A stretch of 64,000 nucleotides of DNA from Bacilli bacterium (GTDB lineage: Bacteria > Bacillota_I > Bacilli_A > RF39 > UBA660). Position 1 is the first letter of the stretch; every line of letters starts with the position of its first letter. Both the position numbers and the translations under genes were made by a program. Below the pieces are notes generated by a model, which was not told the origin of the DNA, ran no database searches, and saw only the letters and a program-made list of their open reading frames with translations. This document shows, in pieces, positions 1-9,075 of the stretch. The stretch spans positions 79,365 through 143,364 of the forward strand of contig JAQVKM010000004.1 of assembly GCA_028694645.1 (NCBI GenBank). Reading direction: 5' to 3'.

Positions 1-1172
1 AAACTGGAGAAATTAATTTAGTTAGTGGAAAAACAATTAGAATCGTAAAAGAAGAAGTTTTAGGAAATGAAGAAAGAATATCTGTAAATCATCCTCAAGC
101 CGTAGCTTCATTACAAGTTGGAAATGTTGTATTACTTGAAAACGGGTTAATGAGCATTAAAGTTATATCAAAAGAAGAAGATGGTGTAACTTGTGAAATA
201 ATTAATGGTGGAGTTTTAGGAAACAAAAAAAGTTTAAGTGCTCCTGGTGTCAAATTAGATATTCCATTTGTTAGTGAACAAGATAAAGAAGATATTATTT
301 ATGCTTGTGAACATGAAGGAGATTTTATTGCACTATCATTTGTATCATCAGTAGAAGACTTACATGATGCAAAAAAAATAATTAATGAATGTAATAGTGA
401 TATCAAAATAGTTTCAAAAATTGAAAGCACAACAGGAATTGAAAATATTGATTCAATAATAGCAGAATCAGATGGTATTATGGTAGCTCGTGGAGATTTA
501 GGTGTAGAAGCTCCTATGGAAGAATTACCATATTTACAAAAAATGATTATTAAAAAATGTCGTGAACAAGGTAAATTTTGTATTGTTGCAACAGAAATGT
601 TAGAATCAATGAAAAAAAATGCTAGACCTACAAGAGCAGAAGTATCAGATATTTCAAATGCCGTTATGGATGGAACTGATGCAGTTATGTTAAGTGGAGA
701 AACAACAATGGGAAAATTCCCAATTGAAACCGTTAAATTTATGGCTGATATTTGTGAAAGTACAGAAAAATATTTAGAATATGCAATAAATATTAATAAT
801 GTTAAAAAAGATGTTGTTGGAGCTATAGCTAATAGTGTAGTAGAAGCTGCAAATTTATTAGATGCTAAATTAATAGTAGCAGCTACAATGAGTGGAGCAA
901 CAGCTAGATTGATTAGTAATTTAAAACCAAAATGTCCAATTTTAGCAACATGTACTGAAAGTAAAGTAGCTCGTTCTTTAGCTCTAAATTGGGGAGTATA
1001 CCCAGTTATAACAAAAGCTTATGAATCAACAGATGAAATAATAACAGATGGAAAAGAAAAAGCTAATAATTTTGTTAAATTAGAAAAAGAAGATGTTTTA
1101 TTAATAACAGGTGGATTTGTTACTACAGAAGATGCTAAAATTACAAATTTCATGAAAATTGAAAAAATATAA
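1..1172 (+). CDS. pyk: pyruvate kinase, C-terminal ~390 aa (5' end lies upstream of window)
   Basis: ORF is open in-frame from the window edge. Motifs MVARGDLGVE and DGTDAVMLSGETT match the PK barrel and C-terminal domain. Confidence 0.9.
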   Translation, partial: TGEINLVSGKTIRIVKEEVLGNEERISVNHPQAVASLQVGNVVLLENGLMSIKVISKEEDGVTCEIINGGVLGNKKSLSAPGVKLDIPFVSEQDKEDIIYACEHEGDFIALSFVSSVEDLHDAKKIINECNSDIKIVSKIESTTGIENIDSIIAESDGIMVARGDLGVEAPMEELPYLQKMIIKKCREQGKFCIVATEMLESMKKNARPTRAEVSDISNAVMDGTDAVMLSGETTMGKFPIETVKFMADICESTEKYLEYAININNVKKDVVGAIANSVVEAANLLDAKLIVAATMSGATARLISNLKPKCPILATCTESKVARSLALNWGVYPVITKAYESTDEIITDGKEKANNFVKLEKEDVLLITGGFVTTEDAKITNFMKIEKI

Positions 1173-1245
1173 TATAATATTAAAAAAGCTTTTATAAAAA
1201 GCTTTTTTTTGATAAAATATATATGTATATGAAAGGAATGATTAA

Positions 1246-3741
1246 ATGAAATTTTTTACTAAAATATTTGATCATGAATATAAAGAATTAGAAAAATTTA
1301 AAAAAATAGCAGATCAAGTAATGGAATTAGAATCAGTAATTGCAAAATTAACTGATCAAGAATTAAAAGAAAAAACAGAAGAATTTAGAAATAGATTAAA
1401 AAATGGGGAAACATTAGAAGATATCAAAGTAGAAGCTTTTGCCGTAGCTAGAGAAGCAGCTTATCGCGTAATAGGAGAAAAACCGTATTATGTTCAAATA
1501 TTAGGTGGACTTGCGATTCACTATGGTAATATAGCTGAAATGAAAACAGGTGAAGGAAAAACTTTGACTGCAACCATGCCAGCTTATTTAAATTCTTTAA
1601 CTGGACTTGGAGTTCATATAATAACAGTAAATGAGTATCTTGCTGGAAGAGATGCTTCTTGGATGGGAGAAATTTATCGTTTTTTAGGATTAACAGTTGG
1701 AATTAATTATAGAGAAAACACTCATAGCGAAAAAAGATTAGCATATGAATGTGATATCATGTATACAACAAATAACGAATTAGGATTTGATTATTTAAGA
1801 GATAACATGGTTGTTAAAGCAGCAGATAGAGTTCAAAGAAAATTAAACTTTGTTATAATTGATGAGGTTGATTCAGTTTTAATTGATGAAGCAAGAACAC
1901 CGCTTATTATATCAGGAGGACATGTTGAATCAGCTAATCTATATTTAGAAGCAGATCGTTTTGCTAAATCATTAAAAGAAAATGATGGATATATATATGA
2001 TGAAAAAACAAAATCTGTAACCTTAGATGATAAAGGAATTAAAGAAGGAGAAAAATTCTTTAAATTAAACAATCTATATGATATAAATAACACTAATTTA
2101 GTACATTATATTAATCAAGCTTTAAAAGCAAATTATGCTATGAAAGCCGATGTTGATTATGTAGTACAAGATAATAAAATAGTTATTGTTGATCAATTTA
2201 CTGGGCGTTTAATGGCAGGAAGAAATTTCTCAGAAGGATTACATCAAGCTATTGAAGCTAAAGAAGAAGTAACAATTCAAAGAGAAACTAAAACTTTAGC
2301 AACAATAACATTCCAAAATTTATTTAGAATGTATAATAAATTATCAGGTATGACAGGAACTGCAAAAACAGAAGAAGAAGAATTTAGAGAAATATATAAT
2401 ATGTATGTTATACAAATTCCTACAAACAAACCTGTTATTAGAAGTGACTATGGAGATTTAGTATTTGCTACTAAAAAAGGTAAATATAAAGCTATAGTTG
2501 AAGAAATAAAAGAAAAACATGCTAAAGGACAACCAGTATTAGTAGGTACTATAGCTGTTGAAACAAGTGAATTAATAAGTTCCTTGTTAAAAAAAGAACA
2601 CATTCCACATGAAGTATTGAATGCTAAAAATAATGCTAGAGAAGCAGAAATTATAGCTAAAGCTGGTGATAAAGGTGCAGTAACAATTGCAACAAACATG
2701 GCTGGACGTGGAACAGATATTAAGCTAACAGATGAAATTAAAGCTCTTGGAGGGCTTTGCGTTATTGGGACTGAAAGACATGAATCAAGACGTATTGATA
2801 ATCAATTAAGAGGACGTTCAGGTCGTCAAGGAGATCCAGGTTATTCACAATTCTGTGTATCATTTGAAGATGAATTAATGGTTCGTTTTGGAACAGATAG
2901 AGCTAAATCTTTATTAGCAAGAGCTGGATTTGGAGAAGACGCTTCAATTAGAGTTGGAATGTTGACTAAATCAATTGAATCAGCACAAAAAAGAGTTGAA
3001 GGTAATAATTTTGATATTCGTAAAACTTTATTACAATATGATGATGTTATTAATAATCAAAGAGAATATATTTATGATATTAGAAATCAAATATTAGATT
3101 CTGATTCAATTCATGAAAAAGTATTAGAAAATATGAATAACTTTATTAAACAATTAGTTGATAGTCATATTATGCCAGAAGGATATTTAACAGATAATGA
3201 TTTATCTGAGATAATTGAATTTACAAATGAAAATTTACTTAGAAAAAATCAACTAAGAATTGAGCAAATTAACAATAAATCTTCAGAAGAAGTTTCTCAA
3301 ATTATTTTTGAAATAGTAGTTGAGGAGTATAATGAAAAATTAAGTCAAATTCCTCAAGAAATAGCTAATGAATTTGAAAAAGCTATAACATTAAGAGTGA
3401 TTGATACACATTGGATGAATCACATTAATACAATGTCTCATTTAAGAGAAGGTATTGGACTTAGAAGTTATGCACAAGAAAATCCTCTTCGTGCCTATAC
3501 TACTGAAGGATTTCAATTATATGATGATTTATTAAATACAATTGATAAAGAAGTTACAATTTATTTGGTTAAATCTGAAATAAGACAAAATATTGAAAGA
3601 AAACAAGTAATAAAAGGAGAAGCTGTTATAGATAGTAATAAAACAAAAAAAGCATCACCTAAGAAAGTAGAAAAAGTAGGAAGAAATGAATTGTGTCCAT
3701 GTGGCTCAGGGAAAAAATATAAACAATGTTGTGGTAAATAA
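1246..3741 (+). CDS. secA: preprotein translocase ATPase SecA
   Basis: 831 aa with Walker A MKTGEGKT, DEVD helicase box and a C-terminal zinc finger CPCGSGKKYKQCCGK. Confidence 0.95.
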   Translation: MKFFTKIFDHEYKELEKFKKIADQVMELESVIAKLTDQELKEKTEEFRNRLKNGETLEDIKVEAFAVAREAAYRVIGEKPYYVQILGGLAIHYGNIAEMKTGEGKTLTATMPAYLNSLTGLGVHIITVNEYLAGRDASWMGEIYRFLGLTVGINYRENTHSEKRLAYECDIMYTTNNELGFDYLRDNMVVKAADRVQRKLNFVIIDEVDSVLIDEARTPLIISGGHVESANLYLEADRFAKSLKENDGYIYDEKTKSVTLDDKGIKEGEKFFKLNNLYDINNTNLVHYINQALKANYAMKADVDYVVQDNKIVIVDQFTGRLMAGRNFSEGLHQAIEAKEEVTIQRETKTLATITFQNLFRMYNKLSGMTGTAKTEEEEFREIYNMYVIQIPTNKPVIRSDYGDLVFATKKGKYKAIVEEIKEKHAKGQPVLVGTIAVETSELISSLLKKEHIPHEVLNAKNNAREAEIIAKAGDKGAVTIATNMAGRGTDIKLTDEIKALGGLCVIGTERHESRRIDNQLRGRSGRQGDPGYSQFCVSFEDELMVRFGTDRAKSLLARAGFGEDASIRVGMLTKSIESAQKRVEGNNFDIRKTLLQYDDVINNQREYIYDIRNQILDSDSIHEKVLENMNNFIKQLVDSHIMPEGYLTDNDLSEIIEFTNENLLRKNQLRIEQINNKSSEEVSQIIFEIVVEEYNEKLSQIPQEIANEFEKAITLRVIDTHWMNHINTMSHLREGIGLRSYAQENPLRAYTTEGFQLYDDLLNTIDKEVTIYLVKSEIRQNIERKQVIKGEAVIDSNKTKKASPKKVEKVGRNELCPCGSGKKYKQCCGK

Positions 3742-3786
3742 CTCGCAAACTCCGATAAAATAAGGGGAAACGCGAGTTTTTCTTTT
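3699..3786 (+). repeat. 88-bp direct repeat copy 1 (secA last 13 codons plus terminator)
   Basis: Identical base-for-base to 4641..4728. Confidence 0.9.
3741..3786 (+). terminator. putative secA terminator (short stem ACTCGC..GCGAGT plus T-run)
   Basis: Inverted repeat followed by TTTTTCTTTT. The stem is short with a long loop. Confidence 0.4.
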
Positions 3787-3893
3787 TATCAAAAAATAGC
3801 TCAAAATAAGAGCTAGAGCCACTTTAGATACCTTTTTCCGTTATTTTTGAAAGATAAAAAATATGATATAATTATTTATAGGAGTTGATAATA

Positions 3894-4472
3894 ATGAAAA
3901 TGGAAACAGAAATTACTGTATTAGTTAAGAGTACTTATAATGACCTAAAAAAGGAATTAGAAAAGAATGGCTTTCAAATAAAGGAGGAATATGAATTAAG
4001 GGATGACTATATGATTAATAATGATATTGACTTATCAAAATTATCAAAATTAGAAATTCTTCAAAATTGTATTCTGGTTAGAGATATAGTTAATATAAAA
4101 AAAGAATTACTTTATAAATATAAAAAGTATGCTTCTAATGGAGATATATTAGAACAAGGTAAAGTAGAATGTCCTGTTACGGATATTGATAAAGCTGTCA
4201 AATTTATGGAATCAATAAATTATAAAAAAATATTTAATATATATGATAAATGCATAGTGTTTGCAAATAGAGAAACTGAGCTAGTAGTACAATTAGTAAA
4301 TAATAAATATATTTTTATAGAAATGGAATCTGAATGTGAACATATAGATAGAAAATATGAATCTGCTGAAGAATTAAAGAAAGATTTAAATAGGTATAAT
4401 TTACCAATTGATAATTCCAATTATTTTGTAAAAAAAGCTGAATTAATATTAAGTGAAACATTAAAAATATAG
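3894..4472 (+). CDS. CYTH-like (class IV adenylyl cyclase / triphosphate tunnel) domain protein, putative
   Basis: ~190 aa. N-terminal ETEITVLV resembles the CYTH EIERKFLV strand. AGGAG RBS 9 nt upstream. Lies between the two 88-bp repeats. Confidence 0.4.
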   Translation: MKMETEITVLVKSTYNDLKKELEKNGFQIKEEYELRDDYMINNDIDLSKLSKLEILQNCILVRDIVNIKKELLYKYKKYASNGDILEQGKVECPVTDIDKAVKFMESINYKKIFNIYDKCIVFANRETELVVQLVNNKYIFIEMESECEHIDRKYESAEELKKDLNRYNLPIDNSNYFVKKAELILSETLKI

Positions 4473-4640
4473 TCTTTGCTAAAAAATTTCGAAAAAGTAT
4501 TAAAAGAGTATTTTAGATACCTTTTTAGATACCTTCTGGTCAAACTCTGGGGTGCTGTCGGAAGCTACCAAGTGCATTCAATAGCCCAAAAGAGCTACAA
4601 AATACTCTCAAGAACTCCCAAAAACCCCAAATTACAAGCT

Positions 4641-4728
4641 ATGTGGCTCAGGGAAAAAATATAAACAATGTTGTGGTAAATAACTCGCAAACTCCGATAA
4701 AATAAGGGGAAACGCGAGTTTTTCTTTT
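4641..4728 (+). repeat. 88-bp direct repeat copy 2 (relic secA 3' end LCGSGKKYKQCCGK* plus terminator)
   Basis: Identical to 3699..3786. The two copies diverge immediately outside. Confidence 0.9.
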
Positions 4729-4865
4729 GTGATAAAATATCTAAAAAATGACTTTAGATCCATTTAAGATCCACTAATTTAAAATAGGTAAAATAAGGGA
4801 AGATTTAAGTATAATAATAAAAAACAGTAATTTCATGTTATAATTATATATAGTAGAGGTGGGCA

Positions 4866-6068
4866 ATGATGGAAATAAAAGAAGTTTTATTAAATATTGA
4901 TGGGATGAATGAAAGATTTGCAACATTAATTTTAAAATATATAGATGCATATATAAATATGAGTAGTAATAAAGCAGTTGTTGCAAATAATATCGTGCAA
5001 CAAATAAAAAGAAATGTTACTGGAATAAGATTTAAAAGTTTAGATGGCGTTAGTGGTGCAGTTAGTAATTTAGGTACGGTTATAACATTGGATGATACAT
5101 TAGATGAAAGAAATCTAGACAATACTTTTTTACACGAATTTACTCATCTAATTTCTAGAAATGAATATATGGATGATAATGAGTTGATACAACCTAATTG
5201 TGGTTTTAAAGTTGGTCAAGATGATAGAATGGACTTTACTGCAGGCTTTAGATTGACGCAATGGGAAATTGATGGTAATAACTATGCTTATAATAAAGGA
5301 ATTGAAACTTTCGATGAATGGGTGACAGAGTGGTTAGCTAATAAAATGTCAGGTTTTCAAAATGTTGAAGTAAAAGAAGATGCTAATGGATTCTTTAGAA
5401 AAAAAATAAGTCATGGATATGATGGCTCAAATGTTATGAATTTATTAGAACTTGTTTATGGTAGTGGAAATATAGCTTATTTGATAACAGGATTTGATTT
5501 AACAGAAGAAGAAAGGAAGTCTGTTATTCCAATAAAAGAAATACACAAATTGAATCAGATGATTGATAGTGAATCAATATTGACTGAAGAAGAAAAAGAT
5601 ATATTTAAAAATCTTCAACCACCATATATGAAAACACCTAATATAACAGGGTTAATAACTTATTATATTTCTGAATATCAAAAACAAAATGACTTACAAG
5701 ACTATAATTTATATTTGCAAAAAATGCAAAATGTTTTAGTAAGAGCTTATAGCGTTAGCTTTGCTAACAGGATAAATGAATGTAATAGTATGAATGATTT
5801 AAGAAACATTTATAGAGATTTATCTATTATACAAAATTCAATGATTTGGACTGAGGATTTAAATAAGTTAACCTCTTTAGAAACTTTCCAAATATTTGAA
5901 AAAATGAAACAAGACTTTTCTTCTAGAACAACTATGTTAAATGCTAATATGGAAGAATTTTCAAGTTTATATTTATCTCCTTCTCAATTATTAGAAAAGT
6001 TTAGAAACGAAGAAACAAAAGTTCAAAGATTAAGTCAAACAAATGTAGAAACAGCACAGAAAAAATAA
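4866..6068 (+). CDS. hypothetical protein with HExxH zinc-metallopeptidase motif
   Basis: 400-aa ORF with GGTGGG RBS. HEFTHLISRNEYMDDNE contains HExxH plus a downstream Glu. Confidence 0.55.
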   Translation: MMEIKEVLLNIDGMNERFATLILKYIDAYINMSSNKAVVANNIVQQIKRNVTGIRFKSLDGVSGAVSNLGTVITLDDTLDERNLDNTFLHEFTHLISRNEYMDDNELIQPNCGFKVGQDDRMDFTAGFRLTQWEIDGNNYAYNKGIETFDEWVTEWLANKMSGFQNVEVKEDANGFFRKKISHGYDGSNVMNLLELVYGSGNIAYLITGFDLTEEERKSVIPIKEIHKLNQMIDSESILTEEEKDIFKNLQPPYMKTPNITGLITYYISEYQKQNDLQDYNLYLQKMQNVLVRAYSVSFANRINECNSMNDLRNIYRDLSIIQNSMIWTEDLNKLTSLETFQIFEKMKQDFSSRTTMLNANMEEFSSLYLSPSQLLEKFRNEETKVQRLSQTNVETAQKK

Positions 6069-6083
6069 AATAGTGGAGGTATT

Positions 6084-6518
6084 ATGGAATTATATAAAGG
6101 TAAGAATTGGAATGTTATTTTTGGAGATTGGTGTCAAGATCATCCGGGATATTGTATTATTGGTAATAATAAAGAATCATTAAGCGAATTAACTGCTGAA
6201 GATTGGGTAGAATTAGGGCAATTAGAAAAAGAGTTAGAAAGAGTATGTAAGAAAGTATTCGGAGCAACAATGTTTAATTTTTGTTGTTTAATGAATAATG
6301 CTTATAGAGATAAAGAAAAACCAAAAGTTCATTATCACTTTGTGCCAAGATATAAAAACGAATTAAAATTATTTGGAAAAGTATATAAAGATAGGCATTT
6401 TGGTTATAATTTTTGGAAATGGAATTTAAGTAAATTTAAATGTCAAAAAGACCCTTATACTCAAGAGGAAAGATTAAAAATATTTGAAATAATGAAAGAA
6501 GAATTTAATTTAAAATAA
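6084..6518 (+). CDS. HIT-like / nucleotide hydrolase-transferase superfamily protein, putative
   Basis: 144 aa. HYHFVPR resembles the histidine-triad motif. GGAGG RBS. Confidence 0.4.
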   Translation: MELYKGKNWNVIFGDWCQDHPGYCIIGNNKESLSELTAEDWVELGQLEKELERVCKKVFGATMFNFCCLMNNAYRDKEKPKVHYHFVPRYKNELKLFGKVYKDRHFGYNFWKWNLSKFKCQKDPYTQEERLKIFEIMKEEFNLK

Positions 6519-6536
6519 CATTAGGAGAGTGATTTA

Positions 6537-6705
6537 ATGACTACAATATATTTTATAAGGCATTCAGCACCTTTTGTTGAAATTGATAATTATCAAGATT
6601 ATGAAAATGTTTTATGGTCTGAATACAATAGAAATATGATTTTATCTGTAAAAGGGGAAGATGGATCTCTATCAAGTTTTCAGACACGTTTTTCTGACGA
6701 AATCA
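6537..6705 (+). pseudogene. small ORF interrupted by IS insertion (N-terminal fragment; C-terminal remnant ~7881..8063 in same frame)
   Basis: ORF runs into the IS inverted repeat at ~6681. The same frame reopens after the IS and ends at 8063. N-term IYFIRHS is reminiscent of a histidine-phosphatase RHG motif, but the total length is only ~100 aa. Confidence 0.35.
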
Positions 6706-7623
6706 TTAAGCTAAAGATAGCAAATAATTATTATACTTCTCATTAGGAGTCATATAATCTATTTTACTATGTATTCTTGTGTTATTGTACCAACTTTCAA
6801 TAAAATTAAACAATATAAGTTTTGTATTTTCTAAATTATCATAGCTACTTAAATTTACTTCTTCTTTTTTTAATATGGCATTGAAGCTTTCCATACTAGC
6901 ATTATCGTAGGGATAACCTTTTTTACTGTATGAATGTTTTATATTCAATATTTCTAACATTTCTTCAAGTCTGATAGATGTATATTGACTACCTCTATCA
7001 GAATGTAATATGCAATCATTTTCTCTATCTCTATTAATTACAGCTCTACTAAGAGCTGTAATAACAAGATAAGTATCTATTTTTTTGCCATATGTCCAAC
7101 CAATAACCTTTAAATCAAATAAATCAATAATCACAGCTAAGTATGTCCAACCTTGTTCTTTTGTATAAATATACGTTATATCTGAAACACATTTTAATCC
7201 TGGTTTATCCGCAGTAAATTCTTGGTTTAATAAGTTAGGATAATCTTTATTAATATTAGGACTTTTACTATTATGAGGTCTAAATTTTCTATTAATAATA
7301 CTTCTTATTCCAAGAAGTTTCATTCTTTTAGAAACTCTATTTTGACATGCTTTAATTCCTTTTTTCTTTAACAAAAAAGTTATTTTAGGTGCACCATATC
7401 TATTTTTAGAATTTTTATATATTTCTTTTATTTCTTCATCTAATATCTTATTGGCTTCTTTATACATATTAGTTTGATGGTTTATATGATAATAATAAAC
7501 TGATCTATTTACTTCTAAACATTTACATAAAAGTTTAATAGAATAAATTTCTTTATTTCTGTCTATAAATTTAAGTTTATCTTCTAATCTTTCGAGAATA
7601 TGGCGACTGCTTTTTTTAATATT
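6706..7623 (-). CDS. IS3-family transposase OrfB (DDE integrase core); frame open to 7623, first ATG at 7467
   Basis: Motifs LHSDRGSQYTS and YDNASMESFN. The upstream in-frame extension reads IKKSSRHILERL. Confidence 0.8.
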   Translation of the reverse strand, partial: NIKKSSRHILERLEDKLKFIDRNKEIYSIKLLCKCLEVNRSVYYYHINHQTNMYKEANKILDEEIKEIYKNSKNRYGAPKITFLLKKKGIKACQNRVSKRMKLLGIRSIINRKFRPHNSKSPNINKDYPNLLNQEFTADKPGLKCVSDITYIYTKEQGWTYLAVIIDLFDLKVIGWTYGKKIDTYLVITALSRAVINRDRENDCILHSDRGSQYTSIRLEEMLEILNIKHSYSKKGYPYDNASMESFNAILKKEEVNLSSYDNLENTKLILFNFIESWYNNTRIHSKIDYMTPNEKYNNYLLSLA

Positions 7624-7855
7624 TCATTTTCCAATTGAACTTTCTTAAGTTCTTTTTTAATTTATCAACTTCATCATTGGTAGTATTTTTACCTGATGGA
7701 GTAGTGATTTTTTGATATTTATTAATCCAATTTGTAATTGTACTATGTCCTACGCCATATTCTCTTTCAAGTTCACTTATTGTTTTTCCATTCTCGTATA
7801 ATTTTACTATAGTCCTTATATATTCTTCATCAAACTTATTATAACTTCTTGTCAT
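7616..7855 (-). CDS. IS3-family transposase OrfA (HTH); apparently truncated
   Basis: HTH region GKTISELEREYGVGHSTITNW. Ends at TAA immediately before an A7 run. Confidence 0.75.
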   Translation of the reverse strand: MTRSYNKFDEEYIRTIVKLYENGKTISELEREYGVGHSTITNWINKYQKITTPSGKNTTNDEVDKLKKNLRKFNWKMKY

Positions 7856-8181
7856 AGAACACCTTCCTTTTTCTAAGTAATATTATTATATCACTTCGTC
7901 AGATTTTTGTGTCCTAATACCTATTATAGATCCAAAAATAGATTCATTAGAAAAAGCAAAAAATGCTCCATGTATTTTTAATAACTGGGCTAACTTCTAT
8001 AAAGGTGAATTTGTTTCAAATACAATTTTAAATGCAAATTCATTTGATAAATTAATTAAATAAAAAATTACAATTTGTAAAATAGCCTAGATAACTTTTT
8101 AGATACAAATATTTGAAAACGAGTTATAAAATTGATATAATATAAATCAAATATAAATAGAAATTTGGCGGGAGATAATTT

Positions 8182-8433
8182 ATGGAAGATAAATTAATAT
8201 TACTTAATAATATTGATAAAGTACATACTACAAAAATGGGTATTAATAGAATTAAGAAAAATCTTGAATTAGATAGTAATGATGTCATTGAATACTGTAA
8301 AAATAAAGTTTTAGATAAAGGTTGCAATATATATAAAAAAGGAAAAAATTGGTATTGTGAAATCGATAATACAAAGATAACAATCAATTCATATAGCTAT
8401 ACAATTATAACAGCACATAAATTTAAAGGGTAA
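8182..8433 (+). CDS. DUF3781 family protein
   Basis: 83 aa. NIDKVHTTKMGINRIKKNL...KGKNWYCE...SYTIITAHK matches my recollection of the DUF3781 pattern. Confidence 0.55.
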   Translation: MEDKLILLNNIDKVHTTKMGINRIKKNLELDSNDVIEYCKNKVLDKGCNIYKKGKNWYCEIDNTKITINSYSYTIITAHKFKG

Positions 8434-8508
8434 AAATAAGATATTTTAAAATAAATTTTACATTATTATTTATTATTACATGATATAATGTAGCTAGGAG
8501 ATGATAGT

Positions 8509-8922
8509 ATGGGCAATAGAATGAACAAAGAAGAATTAATTGAATTGATTAAGACTTTAAAAATCGATAAAGAAGAATTTTGGGTTATATCTTCTGGAGC
8601 TTTAGTTTTAAGAGACATCTTTCCAAATGCTGGTGACTTAGATATAGCGGTTACAAACAAAGGTTTAGAACAATTAAAAAACAATTATAATTTAATTTTG
8701 AAAGATAATGGTTTTTACATTGTAAATGAAATGGTTGAATGTGTTTGTAATGGTGAAAAACAAAATTTACAATATCAGCCAGAAAAGGCAGGAGACTATT
8801 ATGTTCAAAATATAAATGAATATTTAAACTATTTGAAATCAAGTTCTAGAGAAAAAGATAAATCGAGAATTCCAATTGTTGAAGCATATATTGAAGAACA
8901 AAAAATAACTTATAATAAATAA
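8509..8922 (+). CDS. nucleotidyltransferase-fold protein, Lnu/LinA-like (possible lincosamide/aminoglycoside nucleotidyltransferase)
   Basis: 137 aa. FWVISSGALVLRDIFPNAGDLDIAV resembles the LnuA/LnuC FWVDGGWAVD...HDIDI motif. Confidence 0.45.
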   Translation: MGNRMNKEELIELIKTLKIDKEEFWVISSGALVLRDIFPNAGDLDIAVTNKGLEQLKNNYNLILKDNGFYIVNEMVECVCNGEKQNLQYQPEKAGDYYVQNINEYLNYLKSSSREKDKSRIPIVEAYIEEQKITYNK

Positions 8923-8930
8923 AATGAAAT

Positions 8931-8970
8931 AACTCGCAAACCAATATAAATAAAAGGCGTGCGAGTTTTA
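8931..8970 (+). terminator. putative terminator (ACTCGCA..TGCGAGT plus T-run)
   Basis: Same AACTCGCAAAC stem start as the secA terminator. Confidence 0.4.
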
Positions 8971-9075
8971 ATTTTATATATTGATATTTTATAAAAAATA
9001 TTAAGTAGATAAAATTAGCATACTTTACTAAATTACATTTTTAATATATAATTTGGTTATGAGGTTGTGATATTT

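Larger units (their letters stand above)
6681..7915 (-). mobile_element. IS3-family insertion sequence (~1.2 kb) with imperfect terminal inverted repeats
   Basis: Left end GACACGTTTTTCTGACGAAATCAT versus revcomp of right end GACACAAAAATCTGACGAAGTGAT. Encodes an HTH OrfA and a DDE OrfB. Confidence 0.8.

Noticed and set aside
1833-2699. Two minus-strand ORFs (86 and 83 aa) inside secA
   Set aside because: They are antisense to a highly conserved gene, have low-complexity composition and no RBS.
4476-4664. 62-aa ORF ending MWLREKI
   Set aside because: It reads through the GC-rich spacer into the duplicated secA 3' end in the wrong frame. It is an artefact of the repeat.
6537-6746. Histidine-phosphatase (PGM-family) call for the IS-disrupted ORF, based on IYFIRHS
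   Set aside because: N- and C-terminal fragments together give only ~100 aa, too short for that fold. It is kept only as a disrupted hypothetical ORF.
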